A stretch of DNA of 40,081 bases from Octopus bimaculoides. Lineage: Eukaryota. The translations under genes were made by a program, and so were the position numbers. The notes below the pieces were generated by a model. The model was not told where the DNA came from, did no database searches, and saw only the letters and a list, made by a program, of their open reading frames with translations. Below, piece by piece: positions 1 to 12,472 of this stretch; position 1 is the stretch's first letter, and each line of letters starts with the position of its first letter. The stretch spans positions 5,801,454 through 5,841,534 of the forward strand of contig NC_068999.1 in NCBI RefSeq assembly GCF_001194135.2. The letters run 5' to 3'.

Positions 1-50
<50 letters not shown>

Positions 51-119
51 CATACATACTCACACACATATATATGGAGACAGAAAGATGAAGATATTAA
101 CACATTTTATGATGTAATT

Positions 120-560
120 TTATATATAAATATAGTGAAAGATAATACTACATTTCAGTAGTTTACCGTATCCAGTTATTTTTGCAAGGAAACCGTTGAT
201 AGTGACTTCGAAGTTTCGGTTTTCTAGCCTGCATGAGACTGATACTAATTTAGGTTTTCTAAGACTTATATATATATATATAGTATTTTTCTGTTTTAAA
301 GGTGAGGTATCATCTGGTATGGAAAGCAAAATATATGTAGAGATGATGCTTCTTAAATGATTTCGCAGGGAATAAGAAGTGGTTTTATAACAATAAGGAA
401 GGATGTAGGAGATAAAGTGTATATTTAAGCAGGGGCTTGTAAGAAAGGATGGCGTTGGAGACAATTTTTCTGGTTTGACAACAAAGGAATGTGTTGCTTT
501 CATAGAAACTGTTTTGTTGGTTATATTTAGAGAACGGAGATTCTAATGAAACAGCTGCAG
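120..560 (-). mobile_element. Probable Penelope-like element remnant (pseudo-LTR region) carrying a degenerate hammerhead motif at 201-240
   Basis: Minus strand reads AGT-CTCATGCA-GGCTAGAAAACC-GAAA-CTTCGAAG-TC-ACT: a mutated core, GAAA, perfect palindrome ACTTCGAAGT and a GUC triplet. This architecture is typical of PLE hammerheads. Element boundaries are approximate. Confidence 0.4.
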
Positions 561-689
561 ATTTTCAACTAAACACAAAATGTTACCTTAATGAGATATA
601 TCAGGTGTATGAGTATCCTATACATATCTAATTGATTGACAACAACCAGTTTTATATAATACTTAAAAGAACTCAGTATAATGCAAACA

Positions 690-890
690 TAACAGGCCCT
701 CCGTCGGTTACGACGGCGAGGGTTCCAGTTGAACCGATCAACAGAACAAACTGCTCCTAAAATTAGCGCGAAAGTGGCTGAGTATTCTGCGCACAAGCCG
801 ACTCTTAACGTAGTTCTCAGGGAGATTCATCATGACGCAGAATCTGACAAGGCTGGCCTCTTTGAATTACTGGTACTACTCAAATACAAT
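690..890 (+). repeat. GC-richer dispersed repeat module (SINE/LINE-like, unassigned) starting with a 10-bp hairpin
   Basis: GC jump relative to the flanks; hairpin CCCTCCGTCG-GTTA-CGACG(GC)GAGGG at 697-722. Resembles an abundant octopus repeat as I recall it; there is no second copy in the window. Confidence 0.35.
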
Positions 891-1529
891 CTAAAAGCCG
901 GAAGAAATGCAGCGAAGTACTTTGTCCGACACGTTAACATTTTTACCAACTCGCTTTTTCACTGTTGCATGGAGTTTACCAGCTTTAGATGACTACCAAG
1001 ACTTCTTCATTCTCCCGAGGGTAGCTTGCATCTGTTTTGCACAATCTTTGTATGCATATTTTTACAGAAATATTGCAGCAATAAATGTTTGAACGTATGA
1101 TTAATATGATATGATATGATATAACAATATAATATTATTATAAACGAAGTATTTTGCCGAGGTTCAGATTGCAAAAAAAAAATTCTATTACATTTTACCT
1201 TTCAATAACTTGTTTATAATCGTTGGACATTATAAAGATATAAAACCTCTTTTGTTGATTCACATGGTTCATTATCAGTATTGAATTAGATCATAAAATT
1301 GGAAGGAATGATGAAAAATAATTCCATGGGCATATTTCTTTAACTTACTATTATAATATAGATAGAATTTTAAATGATAACATGGAATATCGCCCCGTTG
1401 AATCATTGAACTTTTATAAACTCCTCGTCCCTGATAAAAAGCAGGTTAAGAAAAATCTTCAAATTATAATCTGGAACTTCGAAAAGGTATCTCTGAAAAA
1501 TTTCATTAAAATATATGTTTTATTAAGAG

Positions 1530-1662
1530 GGCTTAAGGCATTTTTGTCTGTCTTTATGATCTAAGCTTCAATTCCACCGATGTCGACAATGCCTTTCATA
1601 AACTCAGGGGTCCATGAAATAAGCGTCTATTGAACACTGGGGGTCGATGTAATCGACTATCG
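1530..1662 (+). mobile_element. SINE family A, partial and diverged
   Basis: TTCAATTCCACCGATGTCGACAATGCCTTTCAT...CACTGGGGGTCGATGTAATCGACT matches the body of the other family A copies. Confidence 0.7.
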
Positions 1663-2336
1663 CACATTTTAAGGGTTAAGGTAAAGCTAGAGCTGTAGGT
1701 TAACGCTAGCGAGAGGGCCTAAAGGAGCAATGTTGAATGTTTGTCCTCATATCTGTAAAGTAGGGTTGCCTCTACTCATTAACAGACCTAATGATGATAA
1801 AATGTAATAGTTTTCTACTCTTTTATGATAATGAAAACATCTCAATGTTTACCGTCTTAGTATTTCTAACTCAATACAGGCGTTTCGTGACGTGACCCAT
1901 TATGTAAATCAATTTTTTTCATATTTGTTACGCAATAGATACGCTCGTCAAGGCAACACGTGTAAAAGGTATTTGATAAATACAAAACGATTATTTTATA
2001 ATTGTAATTGAAACAGGTAAAAGAGTAAAAGATACACCTGTGTGTGTATATATTTATATCTGTATACATACGCACACACATATATATAATATAAATAATA
2101 TATATATATGTGCATATATGCATATATACATGCACATATGTACATACCTACATATATATGTATGTATATATACATGCATATATAATATATATGTGTGTGA
2201 GTATGTGTGCGTGCGTGTGAGTATGTGTGTATAAATAATAATTTATGTTGTATGGTATATTATATACTCGTATTTATGTTGTTCAAATACATGCCATTGA
2301 TTACTCTGGGTAATTTTTCAGCTCGTATTTGTTTAT

Positions 2337-2338
<2 letters not shown>

Positions 2339-2424
<86 letters not shown>
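2339..2424. repeat. (CA)n microsatellite
   Basis: Directly visible, about 43 units. Confidence 0.95.
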
Positions 2425-2430
<6 letters not shown>

Positions 2431-2779
2431 AGTATGTTTTTGTTTGCTTGAAACATTGGGATCTAAGATAACGGATACAGAAACATCTCAGGGTATTTCT
2501 CATAACGTAAAGCGCATATTAATATTTAATAATTGCTCATATTTCGGTTGACTCATCCATCTGCCATCCTAGCCGAGGAGCAAAATGTAGGAAATTTGCG
2601 CATAAAAGAAGCCATTCTAATTCAAATGCAAAAGACAAAAAAAATTAGTGGGTGACAGGAGTTAGGCCAGTGGTTGGTTTACAACCATCAACTGCCACCA
2701 TGCTTATCATGAACCCTTATGTTACTTCCTTGATACTACAACTACAACAGCTACTAATACCACTGCAGACCCTAACGCC

Positions 2780-2835
2780 GAATCCTGCCGTCACTACAAA
2801 TGCTGCTGCTGTTTCTGCTGCTGCTTATACTACTA

Positions 2836-2870
<35 letters not shown>

Positions 2871-2905
2871 ACTACTACTACTACTACCACTATTGCTGCT
2901 GCTGT

Positions 2906-2957
<52 letters not shown>

Positions 2958-3021
2958 NNNNNNNNNNNNNNNNNNNNNNNNNNNNNNNNNNNNNNNNNNN
3001 NNNNNNNNNNNNNNNNNNNNN

Positions 3022-3052
<31 letters not shown>
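2780..3052. repeat. Compound (TGC)/(TAC)n microsatellite, N-gap, then (CA)n
   Basis: Directly visible; it produces the poly-T/A/L/S/V pseudo-ORFs. Confidence 0.9.
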
Positions 3053-3057
<5 letters not shown>

Positions 3058-4839
3058 TACAGAAACACGTACATCCGAACGCTGGACTCTCCGAGCATGA
3101 AACCTGAAATAGTTTACGTATAACCCCAATATTCGTTAAATGATATTTCCCTCTCGTTTAATCGATTCTATTAGCAGGCGAAAGGTACACATACATAAAT
3201 ACATTCATATTTACATCCATCCATACATAAATACATACATACACAAATACACATACATGCATACATACATACACACACATACATACATACATACATACAT
3301 ACATACAAACATACATACATACATACATACGTACATTGATATATTCTGATACATAAGATTAATAAGTTGAACTGTGAATTCATTAAGTAATTAATCCGAA
3401 ATCTTTATTAATTATGCATTAGGCCGATGTATCTATTATTGTTATCTGATTGGTATTAATAATTAATTAAGGCCGTTAAACTATGAATTAGTTTTGGTTC
3501 GTTTCTATGTCAATATATTTATATGTGTCTGCATCTCTGCACATAAAATGTATATATGTATATGTGTATATTTGTACATGTGTGTGAATGTTTGTATGTA
3601 TATATATATATACATCCACGCATATATGCGTCTGTGTTTGTGTTTGTGTCTATGTATGTGTGGATATATATGTGTTTCGATCTTTGCGTAAGAATGTGTA
3701 CGCATATGTCAGATTTGAAAATTTTCTGAGAGTAAGTTCTGTGTGAAAACTGTATAGTTAAGATTAAGTGACCCTTCTCAAAGTTTCTGAGCTCAGCCAT
3801 CTTCGACATGGTAGCGTGTTTGTGCGTTAATTCGGGAAAATCTGATTCAGTTGAATAACTAATTTAGTTCATTAGACAATTATATCCTCACTGTCGGATA
3901 ACGTTGATGCACCAAAATACATACATACATATATATACATATATACATAAGTATATATGAGCATGTCTAGATATGCAAGTATATGGATGAGAATCCACAC
4001 ATAAATCAAAACATACATATCTGAACGTAAANNNNNNNNNNNNNNNNNNNNNNNNNNNNNNNNNNTATATATATATATACAAAAATATCTTGTTGCTGGT
4101 GTTGAAATTCCAATGATGGAGCTTTGAATCTAGGTTAGAAACCGGCTCTTTCTATATTGGCAAGAAATCTTGAAAGAAAACTGGATAATGACATACATAC
4201 ATACATAATACATACATACATACATACATTATACATGCATACATGCATACATACATGCATACTTACCTACTTGTTTACATAATGTGTGTGTGTATATATA
4301 TTTACATATTGTGTGTGTTTCCTGTTGGACTTGAAATGTGTCAAGTCCAACAGGAAAGGGTGTTTCCTAGGGCTAAATAACAGTAGCATTCTTCCCTTTC
4401 GTTGGACTGTCACATCAAGTTAACAACGTACTATCACTTTATCGTACTGCTACTGCATAAATCTCTCTGAAAGATTTAGAAATTTATTATTTCTGTCGTA
4501 CAATGGTTTAGCATTTTCCAAAAGAGTAGTAAGTCCCACATACGACAGTTTTGCAAAATATCTCTGATTGAAAAATATCATACATGCATGGAGTTACGCT
4601 TTTATGAACCCAACAAAATATTATTGTTAAGCTGAAACTGTTGTTAATGTAAAAAGAAATGGAATGGCGAAACTAGTTTTCATTTTCTGAAAAAGCATCG
4701 ATTTGGACTTACGACACTTTGGCATAATAGCAACGATATGTATTTTATCTAATATCATAGAATTCTTCCTAAAACCAAAATCCCAAAGATTGTGCAATAA
4801 TTTTGCATCTAACAGTATGTTTCCTTTATCTTTTATTAT

Positions 4840-5270
4840 TTCAGTTATGTGGCAGTCATGCCCCAGCATGACAGCGACCAAGCTGGAGCACCGCCTTGAA
4901 TAGGTCCGTCGAACAAATCGGGTCCAGGACTTAATTTTTTAGAAGTTTAATACTTATTCATTCGGTCGGTCTCTTTGTCCGAACCTCTAGGTCATCGAGG
5001 TGGGTGAGCGGGGGTGGTGCATAAACACACAAACGCACATATACGTACACACTTATACGTACACACATTTACATACACAGATGGACACATATATATAGGT
5101 ACACACACAAACAGGTTGGGCTTCTACAGAGTTTCCGTCTACCAAAATCACTTACGAGGTACTGGTGGCCCCGGATTAAGGCCAAAGTAGAATACACTTG
5201 TCTAAGGTGTCACTCGGTGGGACTGAACCTGAAAACACATGGTTACAAAGTAAGATTCTTAGTCACAGAG
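4840..5270 (-). mobile_element. SINE family B (tRNA-like head, internal CA/TG tract), diverged near-full copy
   Basis: The head region (5150-5270) matches 29136-29290 and 39541-39648. The tail region GCTGGAGCACCGCCTTGAA matches 12250-12298 and 29635-29690. Confidence 0.65.
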
Positions 5271-5489
5271 AAATGCTTGCTTGAATTAAAAAAAAAAGAA
5301 AACCACGAAACCAACAGCACAACCCCGCCCCCGCCCATGCACCATCATAACCAGAACTTTTGTTTGATCAAGACTGTTATAGACTTATTTCCCAGCAATA
5401 CACTAATCGAAAAAGTATGTGTATTCTTCAGAATGGGTACCGAATATTTGATTCCATAGTTCTTATACCAACAGTTTATTTATTCTTCG

Positions 5490-5690
5490 GTGCGAACCAG
5501 AACCTATTATTAGAACCATTCTTCTTGTAGGATCATAGATTCTGCGCATCCATGATGATACATGTCAATGCAAATATCGATCTATCGATTGATTTGGGCG
5601 TTAGATAACTGCAGTTACTAGTTACTGTCCTCTTCTTTGATGAATTCCTGAAATGGTAATGCTCCGCAGTTCTTTGTACATTTCTGAATA
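5490..5690 (-). mobile_element. Possible decayed LINE apurinic-endonuclease (APE) fragment
   Basis: Minus frame LVTAVI*RPNQSID...MVLIIGSGSH resembles the APE motifs IYRPP...IIGDFNAH at plausible spacing; it contains several stops. Confidence 0.3.
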
Positions 5691-6233
5691 TGCGTTTGAA
5701 TGTTAGTGAATGTGTATTGGGTATGCGTATGTATAGATATACGTATTTGTATGCTAGATATTAAATAAATATGCTCATTTGCATATACACNNNNNNNNNN
5801 NNNNNNNNNNNNNNNNNNNNNNNNNNNNNNNNNNNNNNNNNNNNNNNNNNNNNNNNNNNNNNNNNNNNNNNNNNNNNNNNNNNNNNNNNNNNNNNNNNNN
5901 NNNNNNNNNNNNNNNNNNNNNNNNNNNNNNNNNNNNNNNNNNNNNNNNNNNNNNNNNNNNNNNNNNNNNNNNNNNNNNNNNNNNNNNNNNNNNNNNNNNN
6001 NNNNNNNNNNNNNNNNNNNNNNNNNNNNNNNNNNNNNNNNNNNNNNNNNNNNNNNNNNNNNNNNNNNNNNNNNNNNNNNNNNNNNNNNNNNNNNNNNNNN
6101 NNNNNNNNNNNNNNNNNNNNNNNNNNATAATGTATTTATACGTCTTTTCCCTCATTCTGTTTGTCTGTCTTTCCCTCTATATGTATGCACATACTATATC
6201 TAAATATATATATGTATATATACAATATACAGT

Positions 6234-6325
6234 GAGGGCGCGTGGCTTAGTGGTCAGGGCATTCGGCTCATGATCGTAAAGTCGTGAGTTCAATTCCTGG
6301 CGGCGCGTTGTGTTCTATGACAAAA
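6234..6325 (+). mobile_element. SINE family C, tRNA-derived head
   Basis: GGCGCGTGGCTTAGTGGTCAGGG (A box) and GAGTTCAATTCC (B box); homologous to 15035-15180 and 21455-21613. Confidence 0.65.
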
Positions 6326-6475
6326 GGTATTGGTTTAGTCTTCAAGTTCCGCATTTTGCTAATTTCTATTTCATGATCTTTATACTTGCTCAGTTTTTGG
6401 TAGGTCTTGACAGATACGTTTATATCGATTGGGACAGTCATATCAATGAGGAGGCAAAGATTTTTGTCTGAAGTC

Positions 6476-6528
<53 letters not shown>

Positions 6529-6536
6529 TGGGACAG

Positions 6537-6660
6537 GGGGTGGATTAGCAGAATCATTAGTGCATCGGAAGCATGCTTTACGGTATTTATTCTAACTTCC
6601 GGTTTAAAATCCCGTTGAGGCTAACAATTTCTTTCATCCTTTCGAGATCAATAAAATAGT
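6537..6660 (+). mobile_element. SINE family A, diverged, downstream of (ATT)n
   Basis: TAGCAGAATCATTAG...TTTCATCCTTTCGAGATCAATAAAATA. Confidence 0.6.
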
Positions 6661-6939
6661 GTTCCTATCTAAGAACCGTATTTGATGCTATCGTCTGATC
6701 CCCTAAAACATATCTGTCAAATAAAACTGTCGATGTAGCGACTTGTTTCCCGCTAAAATATTGCTGACCCTGCGCAAAAACTCGAAAGTATTAGCTGTTT
6801 GACTTCGACATAGTTAAACTCGAAACGATTAAAAGGAAGAAATTAAAACAACGAAACAAAAACAGAAACAAAAGCAAAAAATAAGGAAGCCAAAAGAATG
6901 CCAAAATAAAACAATAGTAAATACAAAAAAGAAAACCAA

Positions 6940-6969
6940 AATGATAATAATAATAATAATAATAATAAC

Positions 6970-7054
<85 letters not shown>

Positions 7055-7056
7055 GT
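6940..7056. repeat. (AAT)n microsatellite
   Basis: Directly visible. Confidence 0.95.
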
Positions 7057-7474
7057 AAATTGAACAAAACGACAACAAAAAACAAATATAAATAGAAATT
7101 TAGTTTATCCGACTTAGAAGCTTGGTGNNNNNNNNNNNNNNNNNNNNNNNNNNNNNNNNNNNNNNNNNNNNNNNNNNNNNNNNNNNNNNNNNNNNNNNNN
7201 NNNNNNNNNNNNNNNNNNNNNNNNNNNNNNNNNNNNNNNNNNNNNNNNNNNNNNNNNNNNNNNNNNNNNNNNNNNNNNNNNNNNNNNNNNNNNNNNNNNN
7301 NNNNNNNNNNNNNNNNNNNNNNNNNNNNNNNNNNNNNNNNNNNNNNNNNNNNNNNNNNNNNNNNNNNNNNNNNNNNNNNNNNNNNNNNNNNNNNNNNNNN
7401 NNNNNNNNNNNNNNNNNNNNNNNNNNNNNNNNNNNNNNNNNNNNNNNNNNNNNNNNNNNNNNNNNNNNNNNNNN

Positions 7475-7513
<39 letters not shown>

Positions 7514-7949
7514 TATAGATACAAGCACAGATATAGATACACGCACATATATAGATACACACATATATGTATACAAATGCATATTTATATATACATGTAT
7601 ATATATATATGTATATAAATGCACATGTATGATTTATGTATATATATATATATATGTGTGTTTGTGTGGGTGAGCATGTGTAAATAAATGTATATGTATG
7701 TTTTATGTAAATGCTGTATATACACACATACATACATACATATATATACATATATATATCATGTAAATAGCCTATAGAAAGTTTAATAGTTCGCTGAAGC
7801 ATTGCGGAACATGTAGTGTCAGAGAAGGAAAAGGCAATACAGAGAGAATATTTGGTATGGAAAATAACAGTAATGAAAAAATATTACCATAGAAATATTA
7901 AGCTAATCCTGATATTTCGAGTTATAAACTCTTTTTCAATCCTTTCAAG

Positions 7950-8182
7950 AACAAGAGAGAAAGAGGAAGAGAGAGTGTTTGATTGAAAGAGAGAGAAAAG
8001 TGTGAGATTGAGAGAGAGAGAAAAAAGAGTGACTGAGAAAGAGAGAGAACGAGAGAGTGATTGAGAAAGAGGGAGAGGGGGAAAGAGAGAGACAGAGATA
8101 GAGATAGTCAAAGACAGAGAGAGAGACAGAAAGACAGAGAGAGACAGACAGACAGAGACAGAGTGCGAGTCAGTGAGAGAGA
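7950..8182. repeat. (GA)n/(GACA)n purine-rich tract
   Basis: Directly visible. Confidence 0.85.
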
Positions 8183-8185
8183 CAT

Positions 8186-8297
8186 GGCGGTGAGCTGACA
8201 GAATCGTTAGCATGGCGGGCAAAATGCTAAGCGGTATTTAGTTCGGCGGATTTCGAACTCGGAACGTAAGAAGCTAGAACGAATACTGCCAGGCAGT
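8186..8297. mobile_element. SINE family A fold-back chimera (sense head joined to an antisense middle)
   Basis: 8186-8244 is the sense head. 8245-8297 is the reverse complement of the B-box region (GCGGATTTCGAACTCGGAACGTAA). Confidence 0.6.
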
Positions 8298-8654
8298 TAT
8301 AGCACAGCTTCATATAATCTTTATTTGATATCTGTTTCTTCTGGCTGTCGCAACTTTTATAACAGGCAAAACTTTATATTGTTATATTGCTCCGAGACGC
8401 CTTAACTGTATTGCACGGATAGTTAAATAGTTAAATAGCGTATGTGATAATACCGTGTCATCTATTTATCATTATAAGTACTGCAAAGAATATGTATAAA
8501 ACAATTCCTAAAATACTATATATATACACACACTTAGAATTATATATGGATACTGTATCGCATTGCAGCTGATAAGTACGGCTGTGCGTTTCATTGGCAT
8601 GAAACGGCCTGGAATAAAAGATATTTTAATATCAAATACATATATTAGTATTTC

Positions 8655-8860
8655 TATTCTAATTCACGTAAAACTTTTGTGTATGTGTGTGTGTGTGTAT
8701 GCACGTGCATAGTGTGTGCGTGTGTGTGTGTGTAAATGTCTGTGTATGTATGTAATATATGTTATATATACATATATATATGTATGTATGTATATACACA
8801 CACAGATATAATACATGTTGGCATATATAACTTTGCATACATGTATGTACGTGTGTGTGA

Positions 8861-8899
<39 letters not shown>

Positions 8900-9089
8900 T
8901 GTATGTATATATATATGTATATGTATATATATGTATACATATATATGTATATACATATACATATATATGTATATATATATATGTATATATATACATATAT
9001 ATGTATATATATATACATATATATGTATATATATATATATAGATATATATATATATATATGTATATATATGTATATATATATACAAATA

Positions 9090-9120
<31 letters not shown>

Positions 9121-9230
9121 ATATATGTATATATATATATATATATGCATATATATATATATATATATATGTATGTATATATGTGTGTTGGTGTGTTGTG
9201 TGTTTCTGTTGGTGTGTGTGTGTATCTATA
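8655..9230. repeat. Long compound (TG)/(TA)/(TATG) microsatellite field
   Basis: Directly visible; the source of several YI-rich pseudo-ORFs. Confidence 0.9.
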
Positions 9231-9444
9231 TGTAACCCACGTAGACAGATATTACTTAAGTCATTAAAAATGTGTAAAATAAAAGATTTAATAGTGAAAT
9301 CATGTTGAAAGAATTCTTCACCGAACATAGTGCAGGAATACCTACGTTAACCACAAGATGCTGACTACAGAATCACACCGCAACCATCCAAAAATAGGAC
9401 AGACATTAAATTTACATTCAGAAGTAATCAAGATATAACAATAT

Positions 9445-9640
9445 ATTCTTTTCTACTTTAGGCACAAGGCCTAAAATTTTTGGGAAGTGGGCCAGTGGTT
9501 TAGATCGACCTCAGCACACAACTAGTACTTAATTTATCAACCCCGTCGAATCCAGTACGCAACTGGTACTTATTTTATCAACTCCGAAAGTATAAAAGGC
9601 AAAGTCGACATCGGTGGAATTTGAACTCAGAACGTGGAAA
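9445..9640 (-). mobile_element. SINE family A with tail type 2 and an internal ~40-bp duplication
   Basis: AAAGGCAAAGTCGACATCGGTGGAATTTGAACTCAGAACGT; the GTACTTAATTTATCAAC block occurs twice. Confidence 0.75.
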
Positions 9641-9647
9641 CTCACTT

Positions 9648-10150
9648 AAGGCTAAGGACGTTTCATCTGCAGGGAATGTGATGACCCCAGTTTTGGGGCT
9701 GTAAAGGCATTGTGATTGTTGACTCTCTTCAAAGGAGTCACAGCATGAATGGAAAATAGTATACCAACTTGCTGAGGCAGTTAGAAAATGCTATCAAGAA
9801 CAAACGTTCAGAAAATGTGACAAAATGAGTTTCGTTTCATGAGAAGAATGTCCAGCACACAAGGCCATGGTTTCAATGGCTGCTGTGCATGACTGTGGAT
9901 TTGAAGTGGTCGATCATCCTCGCTATTCTCCTGATTTGGCTACCTCGGACAAACATCTGTTCCTCAACAAGAAAAAAAAAAACTTAGTTGGGAATCAGTG
10001 CTTCAGTGATGATAATATCGTATCTGCTGTTGATTACTGTTTTGATCAACATCATGAAAGCTTCTTTGCAAATCAGATCCAATCACTTGTATAGCGACAG
10101 AAGAGGCGTGTGGATCGCAAGGTGGATCACATGCCATGAAAGTATCTTAG
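9648..10150 (+). mobile_element. Mariner (DD34D) transposase pseudogene, C-terminal half
   Basis: KAKDVSSAGNVM... then MVSMAAVHDCGFEVVDHPRYSPDLATSDKHLF, containing the mariner HPPYSPDLAPSD motif; stops and frameshifts upstream. Confidence 0.85.
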
Positions 10151-10424
10151 TTAGCCTACGAAGTTTTCCGCCATCTCCCGTAATTAACGTGTTTTTTTTC
10201 TTTTAATCATACAAAGACCAATTATTTATTAGAAATACTCACAGACTTCCACGTCACCTGCAAACTAATTGTAATGCGTTGACTTCTAGTTTTAAAAATA
10301 AATAAGGAAAAATAAATGCATTCAACATAAGGTGGTCTACTTCACAATGAAGTTACCATCAGCTATTTTGATATCAGAAAGACGGACATATTGAAGTGGT
10401 GTTGAGAAAATGTTTCTCGGTTTA

Positions 10425-10635
10425 AACTCTTTCTCTCCCACTCTCTCTCCCCCTCTCTCTCCCCACTCTCTCCCCTTCTCTCTCTCCTACCTTCTCTCTC
10501 TCTCCCCTCCCACTCTCTCTCATTACATTTTGTTTTGTTCGCAGTGGGAAATTCTAAATGATTCTAGTTTTATACAAAAAAAAAAAAGAAAAAAATCTGT
10601 AGACGACCATGGCGACGACGACGCCAACGGCAATG

Positions 10636-10667
<32 letters not shown>

Positions 10668-10780
10668 GGTGGTGACGACAACAACGAAGATAATGATGAT
10701 GATGATGATGACAATGATTATTATGATGATTATGATGATTATTATGATGATGGTGATAAGGCGGAAAGGATGATAATGCT
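10425..10780. repeat. (CT)n tract followed by (GAT/GAC)n tract
   Basis: Directly visible; it gives the poly-D pseudo-ORF. Confidence 0.85.
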
Positions 10781-10879
10781 AATAATTAGACTGTTAGTTG
10801 TCATGTGATGGTTAATTTTGCAGCTCTACTGTATCACGTTTTCCAACGCTCTAACGATTCTCATCCTCCACCGCCGCCG

Positions 10880-11085
10880 CCGCCGCCGTCGGGTGCCTAA
10901 TCTTGGTCTTCTCTCCATCTTGGATTGCAACTCCGTCAAAGAGATGAGCTGTAGAAAGGTGTGTCTTACAAGCGGAGACCACAGCGGCTCATTCTCTCGG
11001 TAAGTTATTAAAGGGGCAATGTGAATATTCGCCATCTCTGCTCGACTCCCCAGGGATAATTTCCTCTCGGCCCATTTCTCAGTGA
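10880..11085 (-). mobile_element. L1/Tx1-like LINE ORF2 fragment (post-RT region)
   Basis: KWAERKLSLGSRAEMANIHIAPLITYR...PLVR matches the L1/Tx1 pattern W..R.LSL.GR..L.N..I....Y. Confidence 0.6.
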
Positions 11086-11354
11086 GAATATAATGATGAT
11101 GATAATGACGACGACGATGGTGATGACGATGGTGTTGATAATGATGATCATGATGGTGTTGGTGGTGATGAGAGGACAAGACTGGTTTATATCTTATTGT
11201 CTCCTTATTTTGTCCTCGACGTGTTGGTCACTTTGTAGCCATTAAAAGAAATAATTTAGTCAACTGCGAACCGTAAATCTTTAAGCCTATACATATGTTC
11301 AGTTGCTAACTTATTAGCAGTGAGTGATGGGGAGAAAGGAAATAAAGGACGAGA

Positions 11355-11402
<48 letters not shown>

Positions 11403-12299
11403 GTAGGTGAGGAGTGATTGAAGGACATTTGGTGGAATAAAAGAAAAATGCCGAAATGTATCTTGGAATCACAGCGGGGAAAACATTGGAAGAATTTAGT
11501 AGTTGTATCAGGTGGAAAGTATGTATTTGCTAGCAGGAATCAAAACGAAAACGAACATACGAAAAGAAAGAAACAAACCAACAAACAAAAAGGAACAAAC
11601 AAACAAACATTCAAACATGACTAAAAATTAAAAAAAAAAGAAAGTAAAAAGTAAGAAGACAAAGTAGGAGGGAAAAGGAAGATAAAAATGCAGCCGTTGT
11701 TGAGGTTGCTTGAGTCAAATAAGCAACGAACTTCAAACGAAACCCCATCGTTTTAAAACCTTTCGCATTCAGATTACTTTGTCAAATGTAATGCTTATTT
11801 ATTCACATTCGTTTGAATTAGTGCGTGCGCCAGTGGTTACAGGTGTTGCTGTATCCAACAATCCTTTCTTTTTGAGAGAGAAGAGTGTAATTTAAAAAAG
11901 ATTTGGCTGTTAATTTTAACAGATCAAGCGACCAACTAGAGGTTCCCTCAATCCTTATTTTATCTTTTTTATCTTTTACTTATTTTAATCATTGGATTGC
12001 GACCGTTGCCACAAGGCGGTTACAGGAGCCGCCTTTTGGTAACCGTCTCCTGTCTTATAAGGGAATAAATACCCGGCCTTTCTCTGCTGTCCTAACAGGT
12101 TTACTGTGTTCAAATTCTATTTTCTTGTCTGCAAATGTCCAACCACATTCGACGCTTCTAAAGTTTGTTTATAAAATTATATAAGACTGGTGTAATCGAG
12201 GAATTAAGGACATCAGTCATAGAGAACTGGTATTCTCTGCAACATAACCGAAGTCATTGGATTGCGACCATGTTTGAGCACCGCTTTGAAGGGCTTTGT

Positions 12300-12301
<2 letters not shown>

Positions 12302-12368
<67 letters not shown>

Positions 12369-12472
12369 ATAATAATAATAATGATGATAATAATAACAAT
12401 GATAATAATAATAATAATAATAATGATAATAATAATAATAATAGTAATAGTAATAATAATAATAATAATAAT
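12302..12472. repeat. (TAC)n then (AAT)n microsatellite flanking a LINE insertion
   Basis: Directly visible. Confidence 0.95.

Noticed and set aside
1875-1955. Minus-strand TTGACGA...GAAACGCCTGTA as a hammerhead
   Set aside because: There is no stem I pairing and no credible stem II.
6234-6310. Possible tRNA gene
   Set aside because: It has A and B boxes but no clean cloverleaf, and it continues into a SINE body shared with two other copies.
11745-11820. Possible MITE terminus (TTTCGCATTCAGATTACTTTGTCAAATG)
   Set aside because: Only one degenerate end is visible, with no partner TIR or target-site duplication in the window.
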